64,000 nucleotides of DNA, taken from NCBI GenBank assembly GCA_965222115.1, contig CBDCTJ010000007.1:384001-448000 (forward strand), written 5' to 3'. The notes beneath the pieces are model-generated. The model was not told where the DNA came from. It did no database searches and saw only the letters and a program-made list of their open reading frames with translations. The DNA is from Planctomycetota bacterium (GTDB lineage Bacteria; Planctomycetota; PLA2; JAEUHO01). Positions 9,838 through 18,899 of this stretch are shown here, one piece after another. How positions within the stretch are numbered: position 1 is the first letter of the stretch; every line of letters begins with the position of its first letter. A program made the position numbers and the translations under genes.

Positions 9838-10470
9838 TTACGTGTCTTCGCTGCGGTCGCCTTCGTGCAACGCCTCACTCATGCGTTTCAGTGCGCGCAC
9901 ATAGCGATTGCTTGCCGCTTGTGGGGAGATCCCTAACTCCTCCGCCGCTTCATTGTTGGAGAGGTGTTCAAAGTGGCGCAGGCTTACGATTTCGCGATCC
10001 AGCGGACTAAGGGCATTCACGAGCGTCTTTACCCGGCGTGCGAGTTCCGCGCGCGCCGCGCCTTGCGTGGGTGTTGTTTGCGATGCGGAGATCAGTTCGG
10101 TCAGCGCGGGTACACTCACATCGGGTAACGCGTAGCGGTCCGCACGCTCTCGCCGGGGATCGCGTTTCTGCGCGTCGAGATGGGCCCGATGGGCGCGCAT
10201 GACACGGTCTCCGGCCAATCGCCGGAGCCACAAGAAGAAAGGGAGGCGCGGGTTTTTCACGTAGGCCTCGATCTGTCGCTGCGCCTCGATGTAGGTCTCT
10301 TGAATCACGTCCGACGCGTCCACCCGCGAACGAACATGGGGATGCATGCGCAGGCGAACCATACGTAGCAGGCGCGCCCGGTGGGATTCCATCAATTGGC
10401 CCAGCAGCCGTTCGCGCTCTTCGCCTACGGACGCAATCAGTTGCTCACGTCCCGAGGGCGAATCCTGCAT
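9838..10470 (-). CDS. ECF sigma-70 factor, planctomycete type
   Basis: HRARLLRMVRLRM, RVDASDVIQETY, FFLWLR, DREIVSLRHFEHLSNNEAAEELGIS...RYVRALKR. Confidence 0.92.
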   Translation of the reverse strand: MQDSPSGREQLIASVGEERERLLGQLMESHRARLLRMVRLRMHPHVRSRVDASDVIQETYIEAQRQIEAYVKNPRLPFFLWLRRLAGDRVMRAHRAHLDAQKRDPRRERADRYALPDVSVPALTELISASQTTPTQGAARAELARRVKTLVNALSPLDREIVSLRHFEHLSNNEAAEELGISPQAASNRYVRALKRMSEALHEGDRSEDT

Positions 10471-10566
10471 GCGCCCAGGATACAACGAGCTGAGGAAAGG
10501 AACGCTCGTCCATGCGAGATGGGCGAGCGTCCCTTTGCCTTTGACGTGATTACACCGCCGACGTGA

Positions 10567-11451
10567 CTACTGATCGATACTCACATTGAACGCCGCATTG
10601 AGTGGCAGCGTGACAAAGTCCTGATTGAAGATGTTCCAGCGATTCGTCGTGGGATGGTAAAACACGCCAATCACGCGGTCGTTGTAGACTCGATCGGCAT
10701 CCCAGAACTGCGTGACTTGCATCACGGCGTCCGGATTACCATCCAACGCGGGATGGGAAATCTCCGTGGTGTGGAACGAACGATTGGCGGCGGTCACTTT
10801 GTGTATGAAATTCATGGGGCCAGTCGGAAGCACGGACACGTTGTAGCTCGCCCCATCCACTGCGGTCGAGCCACTCTGATTGAACCCCGACCACGCGCCG
10901 CTCGTCGAAACCGAAGGCTCATAGAACACGCCGGACACGAAGTCATTGTACACACCGGGTGCGGTGGCACCGGGATTGTAGTTATGCGTAATCAGGATGC
11001 GGTCGGTATCATTCCCCATCGTTTCCGCCCGATCAAAGGGGAACCAGTTGGATGACGGGCTGTTTGTTGTGAAGGTGAACGAATCGGGTTCGTCGGTAAT
11101 CACGCGTACATTGAACGACGCGCCGTCCGGTATGGTCGCAATGTCCTCATTGTAGATATTCCAACGGGCCGTCGTGTCGCTGTACCAAACACCAACAACG
11201 TGATCGTTGTAGACGTCCATGGGCGAGAAGTTTTGCGTAACAAGTATTCGTGCAGTTGGGTTGCCGTTTAGCGAAGCGTGATCAAGCTCCGTAGATTGAA
11301 ACGACGTATTGGCGCTGGTGGCCGTGTGGACAAAGAAGCGCGGAGGTGGCTCCACGGGCGATGCAGCGTCGCCACCACCCCCACCGCCGCCACAGGCGCC
11401 CAACGAGACGGCAACCAAGACAACAAGCAAAGAACAAGACATGCGAACCAT
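10567..11451 (-). CDS. Lipoprotein with three tandem ~95-aa beta-rich repeats
   Basis: Lipobox LGAC, Gly linker, repeats FVHTATSAN..LDHASLNGNP..VTQN..VYNDHVVGVWY..WNIYNED..ASFNV. Confidence 0.85.
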   Translation of the reverse strand: MVRMSCSLLVVLVAVSLGACGGGGGGGDAASPVEPPPRFFVHTATSANTSFQSTELDHASLNGNPTARILVTQNFSPMDVYNDHVVGVWYSDTTARWNIYNEDIATIPDGASFNVRVITDEPDSFTFTTNSPSSNWFPFDRAETMGNDTDRILITHNYNPGATAPGVYNDFVSGVFYEPSVSTSGAWSGFNQSGSTAVDGASYNVSVLPTGPMNFIHKVTAANRSFHTTEISHPALDGNPDAVMQVTQFWDADRVYNDRVIGVFYHPTTNRWNIFNQDFVTLPLNAAFNVSIDQ

Positions 11452-11601
11452 GGTGAACTCCTGAAAAGAGAATGGACTCTTTGGTGGAGCAACCAAGCCG
11501 GCTCGTCAGTACACAGTCGCTTTCCGGAATTCCTTTCTGGCCCAGTAAACAGGGGGCTCGGGGCGATCGGTGGCGAGAAGCGACAGGCAGGTTCTACCGG
11601 C

Positions 11602-12453
11602 TCAACCCGCCGCATCGAGCGCCGCCCAGTCGTCCTGGCCAATGCGCATGGCAAGTGACTGCGCCGCCATGTTCTCTTCGAGATGCGCAATAGACGAAGT
11701 CCCCGGGATGGGCACCATTGCAGGCGACTTGTGCAGCAACCAGGCGATGGCCACCGCGTAGCGAGACGAGTCATGTTTGGCAGCAACCGCATCGAGCGCG
11801 GCACCCAAGCCGCCAAGATCACCATTGGCAATCGGATACCAAGGGATGAATGCAATGTTTTCTAGTTCACACACCCCAAGCACATCTTCCCATTCGCGAT
11901 ACGCAATGTTGTAGCGATTTTGCACGCTCGCCACGGGCGTCATGGCCTGCACCTGACGCAGCTCATCCACCGACACTTCCGAAAGACCGATCTTGTCGAT
12001 CTTACCCTCGGCTTGCAGTTCCAACAGCGTGCCAACTGAATCGGCCACGGGGATCTTCGGATCGATGCGATGCAACTGATAGAGCGGAATACGCTCAAGT
12101 CGCAGGCGCGTCAAGCTCCCTTCGCAAGCCGCACGAATGTGATCCGGGTGGCCGTTTGCGTGCCACTCACCCGGCCCCGAGCGCGTGAGCCCCGCTTTGG
12201 TGGCAATCACTACATCATCGGTGTAGGGCGCGAGCGCTTCGCCAATCAAGCGCTCGCTCACTTCGGGTCCGTAGGAGTCGGCCGTGTCAATGAAGTTGAC
12301 ACCAAGATCCACCGCGCGGCTGAGCAATCGCTTGGCAGCATCGGCATCCGGCGGTTCCCCCCAAACACCGGCGCCGGTCACCTGCATGGCACCAAAGCCA
12401 AGGCGCTTGATCGTGTACGTACCACCAATCGTGAAGGTTGCTTGAGTCGTCAT
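11602..12453 (-). CDS. Aldo/keto reductase
   Basis: RLGFGAMQ, GVNFIDTADSYG, IATKAG, YQLHRID, IGLSEV, SVQNRYN, PIPGTSSIAHLEEN. Confidence 0.95.
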   Translation of the reverse strand: MTTQATFTIGGTYTIKRLGFGAMQVTGAGVWGEPPDADAAKRLLSRAVDLGVNFIDTADSYGPEVSERLIGEALAPYTDDVVIATKAGLTRSGPGEWHANGHPDHIRAACEGSLTRLRLERIPLYQLHRIDPKIPVADSVGTLLELQAEGKIDKIGLSEVSVDELRQVQAMTPVASVQNRYNIAYREWEDVLGVCELENIAFIPWYPIANGDLGGLGAALDAVAAKHDSSRYAVAIAWLLHKSPAMVPIPGTSSIAHLEENMAAQSLAMRIGQDDWAALDAAG

Positions 12454-12510
12454 GGACGTACGGTAGGTGCAAGCGTCGCTACGGTCCCGTTTTCGCAATG
12501 CACCTGCATC

Positions 12511-13188
12511 CTACCCAACGGCACGAGGAACCGACGCGTTGGTAAGCGTCTCGACAGCGGCTTCAATGGGCAAAAAGTCGCGAAGTACATCCACGGCGCC
12601 GTGCTCGCCCAAATTGTATCGATCCGATGCCACACCGACGAAGCGCCACCCCAACTCACGCGTCGCACGTACATCGTAGGGCGTATCACCGATATACACC
12701 ACCTGCTCAAGTGCACTCTCGTTGATAGAAAGCAACCGCAGCGCCTCACGCATAATCTGTGTGCGCCGCGAGCGCCCGTCGCTACCGGCAATGGCTACAT
12801 CACGATGATCGATGCCAGCAGCGTCGAGTTTACGAGTCGCGGCAAACAACCAATTCCCCGTCGCAATGGCCACGTCCCACTCCTTAGAATTGCGCACGTG
12901 GCGCAGCAATTCATTCGCGCCGGGAACGGCGGGCAATGGGCAAAAGTGTTGATCAATGAGCTGTGCGTAGCGCCGTTTGATCCAAGCGATGTCTTCGTCG
13001 CTCGCTTGCCGGCCGTGCGCTTCGAAGAGTTCATGAACAACACCTTCGTCGGTTGCGTTTTGCCATACTCTCGTCCCGCGAACATGCGCGGGTACGCCAA
13101 GCCGCGCGGCGACCGCCTCGTAGTAGTAGTCGTCAAACGGAAACGACTGAGCCAGCGTTCCATCGATGTCAAATACGGCGAGTTTCAT
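12511..13188 (-). CDS. HAD family hydrolase
   Basis: FDIDGTL motif I, ATGN, YIGDTPYDV. Confidence 0.92.
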   Translation of the reverse strand: MKLAVFDIDGTLAQSFPFDDYYYEAVAARLGVPAHVRGTRVWQNATDEGVVHELFEAHGRQASDEDIAWIKRRYAQLIDQHFCPLPAVPGANELLRHVRNSKEWDVAIATGNWLFAATRKLDAAGIDHRDVAIAGSDGRSRRTQIMREALRLLSINESALEQVVYIGDTPYDVRATRELGWRFVGVASDRYNLGEHGAVDVLRDFLPIEAAVETLTNASVPRAVG

Positions 13189-13251
13189 GCGGGCTCACTG
13201 CGGGGACACGGCGGCAACCCACAGTCGCCTTCACGAATCACAAGTTGGGTG

Positions 13252-14673
13252 TTACTTCGTAATTGATTCTAGCTGCAGATAGTCGCGTTCGCTCGGCTTC
13301 AGAGCAGCGATGAGCTTCTTGCGCAGCGCAGCATCTGCCACCCAACGCGTCTGGTCGATGCACATGCGCGTAAGCAGATCCGAGCGAACGTCGCGTTCCG
13401 GGGGCTTCTTGAAGTCGAGCCGCACAATGCGCGCGAGTAGAGGTTCGAACGCAGCACGCGAACCGGCCTGAATCAAGGCGTGCGCGGCATCGCGTACAAC
13501 TTCGAACTCATCGTCTTGAAGGGACTTGAGGGCCAGCGTTTCGGCGGCAGGACTCCAATGAGGAGGCAGCGCGTCTCGCAGCACGCTGCGATAGCAACCG
13601 GTTTGCTTTGGGCCCCGCCGCGCAAGCGCCTTCTCAACCTCTCGAATGCCGAGCGCCTGGTCGTGCTTGAGCATGAACCCCAGAAGGGCACGCTGTACGT
13701 TACAGGCCCACCCACCTTTCGCTGATCGATAGGTCTTCAGAACGATGGGCATCATGTCCGCTGTCCCATAGCGCTCCGCCAACAGTGCAAGTTTCTCAAC
13801 GTCACCATGTGCGCGATCGGCTAGGTGTTTGGTCCAGAGGGATTCCATGGCAGGCAGCGCCTTATCGGGTAAGGCAAGCAGCGCGTCCCTCGTAAACCGT
13901 GGAGCGAGCCTCTGCATATCCTCCAATACCAGTTCGCGTGCACGCTTCGGTGCAAATGACATGGCATGCTTTACGTAGAGCGAAGGCAGATGATCCGTGT
14001 TGTGCCACGGAATCGACCGCTTGGGGGCGGCCAAGCTGCGCGTGAGCACGGCGGCCACTGCCGGCCCCGCGACGCGCGGCCAACGTTCTGTGAGTAGAAA
14101 CGCTCGTAAATCGTCCGACATGTGTGGCCAACTTCGCGCGACAGCTGCGGGGATGCCTTCTGCTTCTGCGTCGTAGGCCATAAGAAGCTCAACGGACGCG
14201 CCAACCACGTCGTCACGTTTGTGCGCAAGCGAAGTCGCTACACGTGGCAAATAGCGCTTTAACTCATTCGGGTAGATGACACGGCTACGCTCTCCAGGAC
14301 CCGACGAGCCATACCCGCCAGGGGATGGCTCACGTTCGACAGCGACACGCGCATCGATCCAATTCCAGCCCGTGGGCAGTGCGGGATCATCGACCGCCGC
14401 ATCGAGTAGTGTCGCGATTGCGGAACGGTCAAGTGACGCCAAGGACGGCCCACTATTCGACGACGGGTCGCCCGGCATTTCAAACAGAGACATCCCATCT
14501 CTGGCTTCCGCGTCGCGAACAAGTTTGAGTACGGCTGTGTATCCGGCTCTCCGCTTGACGGGATCCGCCGAACGTAACGCTTGCCTTGCATCGTCCAGGG
14601 TCAGTTCCGAAGCGTACGCTCCAATCGGCAGCGGTACGACCGTGAACATCACGAGCAACAACATCATTCGCAT
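13252..14673 (-). CDS. Secreted HEAT-repeat-like hypothetical protein
   Basis: AAGGAG RBS, signal peptide, HEAT-like segments (ALKSLQDDEFEVVRDAAHALIQAG). Confidence 0.75.
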   Translation of the reverse strand: MRMMLLLVMFTVVPLPIGAYASELTLDDARQALRSADPVKRRAGYTAVLKLVRDAEARDGMSLFEMPGDPSSNSGPSLASLDRSAIATLLDAAVDDPALPTGWNWIDARVAVEREPSPGGYGSSGPGERSRVIYPNELKRYLPRVATSLAHKRDDVVGASVELLMAYDAEAEGIPAAVARSWPHMSDDLRAFLLTERWPRVAGPAVAAVLTRSLAAPKRSIPWHNTDHLPSLYVKHAMSFAPKRARELVLEDMQRLAPRFTRDALLALPDKALPAMESLWTKHLADRAHGDVEKLALLAERYGTADMMPIVLKTYRSAKGGWACNVQRALLGFMLKHDQALGIREVEKALARRGPKQTGCYRSVLRDALPPHWSPAAETLALKSLQDDEFEVVRDAAHALIQAGSRAAFEPLLARIVRLDFKKPPERDVRSDLLTRMCIDQTRWVADAALRKKLIAALKPSERDYLQLESITK

Positions 14674-14806
14674 GAAGCACTCCTTGGTAAGACCCACTAC
14701 AGGATAGGTCGACGTTCGGCCGTTGCCGGCAGTCACGCTACGAAACCCATGCCCAATTCGCTTGGCGCGTGTCACGCTGGGCCTGCCCTATGGCGGGAGG
14801 ACCCCG

Positions 14807-15304
14807 ATGCGCGACCACCTACTCAAGAGGATCGTCGAGCACAACAACTGGGCCAATCAAGCGTTGCTTGAGGCGTGTTCGAAACTCACATGCGAGCAGC
14901 TTGACGCGACGCCACGGTCTCCAAACGAATGGACCATCCGAACGATCCTCACGCACATCATCGAAGCACAGTTGGGCTACGTCGCGTTGCTCAGCGGCAA
15001 CGGATCCACGGTATCCGGCACAGCATCAACAATTGATGAGTTACGTCGCGGCTTGAATCAAAGCGGCGCGGAACTCGAAGCCATCACGGACGATGATCAT
15101 ACGATCGCGTGGAACACGAACATCACTACCCGTGACGGCTATCACGTCAAGCCATGGACCGTGTTCGTTCAAGCGATCAATCACGCGACCGATCATCGCC
15201 GGCAGATCTGTAGCCTCTTTCGCGCACTATCCATTGAACCGCCTCGTATCGACGGCTGGAGCTACGGTGAGTCCGTAGGCGCCGTTGTTCCTCCCGGCAG
15301 GTAG
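14807..15304 (+). CDS. DinB family protein
   Basis: GGAGG RBS; HNNWANQALL, TIRTILTHII, QAINHATDHRRQI. Confidence 0.9.
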   Translation: MRDHLLKRIVEHNNWANQALLEACSKLTCEQLDATPRSPNEWTIRTILTHIIEAQLGYVALLSGNGSTVSGTASTIDELRRGLNQSGAELEAITDDDHTIAWNTNITTRDGYHVKPWTVFVQAINHATDHRRQICSLFRALSIEPPRIDGWSYGESVGAVVPPGR

Positions 15305-15326
15305 TCGCATCGCTGACGGGCCCTGG

Positions 15327-15557
15327 TTATTTCTGGGAAGATGCTGGCCTTGCGGACACGCGCCAAACGTATGCACGTCCCTCGCCACGCTCTCGCGTGA
15401 GCCCGATCTCCGATTCCAGCCTCGCCGTCCAGTTGGGGCACGCGCGCTTGTACGGCAACTCTAGCTCGTCTCGGATCTCAACCCACGTTCTTCCTTGCTT
15501 GCGACGACGAAGGTATGACTGAATCGCATCGCGAAACTCTTCATAGCGCATGATCAA
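15327..15557 (-). CDS. Small hypothetical protein, possible winged-helix fold
   Basis: MRYEEFRDAIQSYLRR..G.TWVEIRDELELPY..CPNW..RLESEIGL; fills the gap between neighbours. Confidence 0.65.
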   Translation of the reverse strand: MIMRYEEFRDAIQSYLRRRKQGRTWVEIRDELELPYKRACPNWTARLESEIGLTRERGEGRAYVWRVSARPASSQK

Positions 15558-15581
15558 ACAGTAGCCAGCACAGATTCAGTG

Positions 15582-16352
15582 TCAAGGCGAGGAACACGTC
15601 GCATGCTGCTTCGACGCCTTGAGTTCATGGTCTACTGCGCGCCGCTCGTCGAAGACAAAGCACTCGCCATCGAAATGTTCGCCGCCGCATTGCTCAAAGT
15701 AGGCCAAGATGCCGCCATCCAACTGATAGACATCGCGAAAGCCCACCTGTTCCAACATCGGCCCCGCCTTCTCACAGCGAATGCCGCCCGTACAAAACGT
15801 CACCACCGGCTGATCGCGCAACGCATCGTCAAGCGCCGCCACGTGCTTTGGGAAGTTTCGAAAGTGATCGAGATCCATTGCCACCGCTTCTCGAAACGTC
15901 CCAATCTCCACTTCATAGTCGTTGCGCACATCGAGCAATGTGACTTTCTTGCCCGCATCGAGCCACGCCTTGAGCTGCGCCGGCAACATCCGCTTTGACG
16001 TATACGTCGCAGGCTCGATGCCCTCCACGCCAAACGCAATGATTTCGCGCTTGATCTTCACCAACATGCGCCCAAAAGGCCGTTCGTCCGTCCAGCTTTC
16101 TTTCACGTCGAGATCTACAAGCGCCGCATCACGACGCAGGTGAGCGAGAAGTTCTTGAACAGCATCGGGCATGCCCGCAATGAATAGATTGATCCCCTCT
16201 TCGCTCAGCAGAATCGTTCCGCGCAGTTCGAGGCGTGTACAGAGTTCCAACAGCTCAATGCGTCGATTGGGTAGATCGTCCAACGCAACAAACTTGTACG
16301 CCGCAATGTTGAGGACGCGGGCGGTTGGCGAACTGGGACTTGATTCATCCAT
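15582..16352 (-). CDS. trhO: Rhodanese-domain tRNA uridine(34) hydroxylase family (UPF0176/YceA)
   Basis: AAYKFV, LRGTILLSEEGIN, LDVRNDYEVEIGTF, FCTGGIRCEK, YQLDGGILAY, CFVFDER. Confidence 0.88.
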   Translation of the reverse strand: MDESSPSSPTARVLNIAAYKFVALDDLPNRRIELLELCTRLELRGTILLSEEGINLFIAGMPDAVQELLAHLRRDAALVDLDVKESWTDERPFGRMLVKIKREIIAFGVEGIEPATYTSKRMLPAQLKAWLDAGKKVTLLDVRNDYEVEIGTFREAVAMDLDHFRNFPKHVAALDDALRDQPVVTFCTGGIRCEKAGPMLEQVGFRDVYQLDGGILAYFEQCGGEHFDGECFVFDERRAVDHELKASKQHATCSSP

Positions 16353-16416
16353 GTCCGCAATTATGCGCCCACCTGCGGGTATTGAGTAGTTCATCACGAA
16401 TGAACTCACGTCCGTG

Positions 16417-16890
16417 TCAGCCCGTTCGATTCGACCACCCACCAAAGTCACCGCCCTCAAATGGATGGTCGTGCCCTAGCAACGTCAGCATACTCAATAT
16501 CTGCCCGCGATGATGTGTGCCATGGGTAACGAGATGAAGCACCTGATGCAGCCGACGATCACGATCAAGTAGGCCGCGCGCACGGGACTCACGGGCTGCC
16601 TCAAGTACCGCCTGCCCAATCCTGGCAAGTCGAGCGCCCAATTCGCCGATGTCTTCCGATGCGTTATACGCTTCCCACTTCGGCTCTCTAATGTGGGGCC
16701 CCACGCAAGCACCCCATCCTTGCATTACGTCAGCGATGTGGGCGATTGTTCGGTGCACGGTGCGTAGCCCGAAACCATGATCTTGATGCAACGACCCCAC
16801 GGGCAATTTTGACAAGCCCTCCATGAGCTTGTCGTTGCAGTTCAACTCGTATTCGAGCAACTCAAGTACGGTGTCGAATCTATGATCCAT
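16417..16890 (-). CDS. DinB family protein
   Basis: TVHRTIAHIADV, LHLVTHGTHHRGQILSML. Confidence 0.85.
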   Translation of the reverse strand: MDHRFDTVLELLEYELNCNDKLMEGLSKLPVGSLHQDHGFGLRTVHRTIAHIADVMQGWGACVGPHIREPKWEAYNASEDIGELGARLARIGQAVLEAARESRARGLLDRDRRLHQVLHLVTHGTHHRGQILSMLTLLGHDHPFEGGDFGGWSNRTG

Positions 16891-16892
16891 GA

Positions 16893-17441
16893 TCAGTCCT
16901 GGCCATCTATGCCCTTGTACTCAATTCCAAAGCGCTTTAGGTATTCAGCAAGCGGCTGAAGCCCCACGCTCGCGCGGCGTTTATCGACATTTGCCTCATC
17001 CGCGATGGGCCAAAGCACTGAGGAGTCTCCTTCATCACTTGGCTGCACCACCCATCCATACATCTGAGGTTGGCGCTCGTCCAGAAGTGCTTGATCTTCG
17101 ACGAGAGAAACTGCTAAGGCGGACGCTTCACCTGAATCAGCTAGAGCCCAAAGAAGAGGCAAGACTCGCCTCTTGAATTTACCGTCAGAGAAAGGAAGCA
17201 AGCAGATTGCGTGACTTGCGGCGGCTGCCCCGACCATAGTAGTGCTGGGCCATCCGTGCGCATCAACAATGGACTTCAACCTCGACAGCTGCCTCTCGTG
17301 GCACGCTCCAATCTTCTCGCCCACGGACGCGGCCTCTGAAGAGTCTCTCCCATGCCGGACCAAGACTGAAGCAAGTTCACTTATGAGGTTCTTGTGGGCT
17401 GTTGCCATCGCTTCAAGCTCGGTTCACAACTCGTGATTCAC
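16893..17441 (-). CDS. DUF6624-like protein with in-frame TGA at codon 6 (possible pseudogene, or restart at ATG 17408)
   Basis: RLKSIVDAHGWPSTTMVG, PQMYG, VDKRRASVGLQPLAEYL. RBS GAAGGA plus GTG 17441 gives MNHEL*TELEAMATAH, with TGA at 17426-17424. Confidence 0.7.
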
Positions 17442-17625
17442 ATTCTTGGTCCTTCTTGCCCTCCGCCGATCTCTGCGTTTGCATTGAAGACCAGGCGCGA
17501 GTGCATTCGCTCGACAGTGGCAGACATGTTCCCACAACAATAAGGTTGATAGGCTGTCGTAGCGCCACTCGTAGAAGAGTTACCAAAATCTGTGGGCGCC
17601 CCCGCGATTTCGTCAGCGCACTGCA

Positions 17626-17888
17626 GGTCTTGGGAGTCGCCCCCAAAGCGGCTAGATCACACGTTCCAGTTCTCGCGCAACGTCAATCATGCGATCTCGC
17701 AACTTTCAACGCTCCCCGCGCGCGCAACGTCCTTCAGCGTGGGGATCTGACAGGTCGCGCTCAAATAGGCAACCCACACGTCCCAATTCTCACACCGCGT
17801 CCATCATGCGATCTCGCCGCTCTCATCACTCCTGGCACTCGCAACGCCCTTTAGCGTGGGGGTCTGGGGGGTCACCCCCAGATAGATA
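17626..17888. repeat. Degenerate ~117-bp tandem repeat (about 2.3 units) downstream of tRNA-Sec
   Basis: 17658-17756 and 17775-17873 align without gaps at 77/99 identity (counted by hand); partial third copy at 17626-17657. Confidence 0.85.
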
Positions 17889-17927
17889 CGACGGGAGTTC
17901 TCCCGGCGTGCATTGCAAAGCAATGCA

Positions 17928-18026
17928 TGGCGGGAGAGCAAGGGAATCGAACCCTCCCATCCAAGGTTGCCCAGGGACGCATTGGTTTTGAAGACCAAGG
18001 GGGGCACCAGCCCGCCATCCTCTCCC
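17928..18026 (-). tRNA. selC: tRNA-Sec (anticodon UCA)
   Basis: 99 nt: GGGAGAG/CUCUCCC acceptor stem, G discriminator plus encoded CCA, D-arm GGGC-UGGU-GCCC, UUGGU-CUUCAAA-ACCAA anticodon arm (UCA 17991-17989), long variable arm with GCAA loop, GAGGG-UUCGAUU-CCCUU T-arm. Confidence 0.96.
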
Positions 18027-18163
18027 GCGAGAGAGCGGATACGGTACGGGGCGCGCGAGGGCGAAACAACTCTGGGCACAGCATGGAAGGTCCTGGGGAG
18101 TTCGTCGGGCATAGGAGCGAGGCGAAGTTTCGCTCGACGCGCAACCGATGGGACCATGGGCTT

Positions 18164-18847
18164 ATGGCCTCAGCGATGCCACTCATCATCATTTTGTTCA
18201 TTCTGGCGGCCATCGTTGCCGTCGTGCTACAGGCGCATGCGCAGAACAAACGCGAAAAGCTCGTGCGCGCGTGGGCACATATCAACAAGTATGAGTTTGT
18301 CCCCGGTAGGGACCCGCGCGCCATCCATCGCTTCGACTTGGATTGCCTGGAGCAGGGACTTGGGCGCTACGCCTACAATCGCGTGCGCGGAATGATGGGT
18401 GATGCCCCCTTTGAAGCCTTTGACTACCACTACGAAACCACCAGTACCGACAGCAAGGGCAATACACAGACGCATCATCACCACTTCTCGGCGGCGATCA
18501 TTGAGGCGCCGGCGCGACTTAAGCCCCTCTTCATTCGCAAAGAGGGGTTCTTCGATCGCGTGTCGCGCGCTGTGGGATTTGACGACATCGACTTTGAATC
18601 GGCGGAGTTTAGCGACACGTTTTTCGTGAAGGCCAAGGACCGCAAATGGGCCTACGACGTCGTTTCGCAGCGAACGATGGAACTCCTGCTCAAGATGCCG
18701 CATTACCGCATCGAGATTTCTGGCCCGCACATTGCCGTGTATCGCAGCAAGCGCTTTAAGCCCGAGGAGTTCGGCACCGCCGTATACTTGGCGAAACAAA
18801 TCCTGGAGGGCATTCCCAAGGATGTTATTGCCTCACTACGAACGTAG
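18164..18847 (+). CDS. Membrane-anchored protein upstream of lemA (DUF3137-like)
   Basis: N-terminal TM; FDYHYETTSTDSKG, GFDDIDFESAEFSDTFFV. The track start at 17927 overlaps the tRNA and is unlikely. Confidence 0.8.
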   Translation: MASAMPLIIILFILAAIVAVVLQAHAQNKREKLVRAWAHINKYEFVPGRDPRAIHRFDLDCLEQGLGRYAYNRVRGMMGDAPFEAFDYHYETTSTDSKGNTQTHHHHFSAAIIEAPARLKPLFIRKEGFFDRVSRAVGFDDIDFESAEFSDTFFVKAKDRKWAYDVVSQRTMELLLKMPHYRIEISGPHIAVYRSKRFKPEEFGTAVYLAKQILEGIPKDVIASLRT

Positions 18848-18899
18848 GACATTGCCTCTACCGCTACCTTGCGTGGGCGCGCCGTTCTTACTGGCCGCG

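Noticed and set aside
12070-13266. 398-aa plus-strand ORF
   Set aside because: Antisense shadow of the aldo/keto reductase and HAD genes; no motifs.
17402-17854. 150-aa ORF showing an internal peptide repeat
   Set aside because: Reflects the 117-bp DNA repeat; substitutions are not concentrated at third codon positions and the second unit ends in a stop.
17626-17888. CRISPR array or attR duplication next to tRNA-Sec
   Set aside because: Units are long and degenerate without unique spacers; no cas or integrase gene; no copy of the tRNA 3' end seen.
17927-18163. N-terminal extension of ORF 17927..18847
   Set aside because: Antisense to tRNA-Sec; the TM-bearing protein starts at 18164 or 18176.
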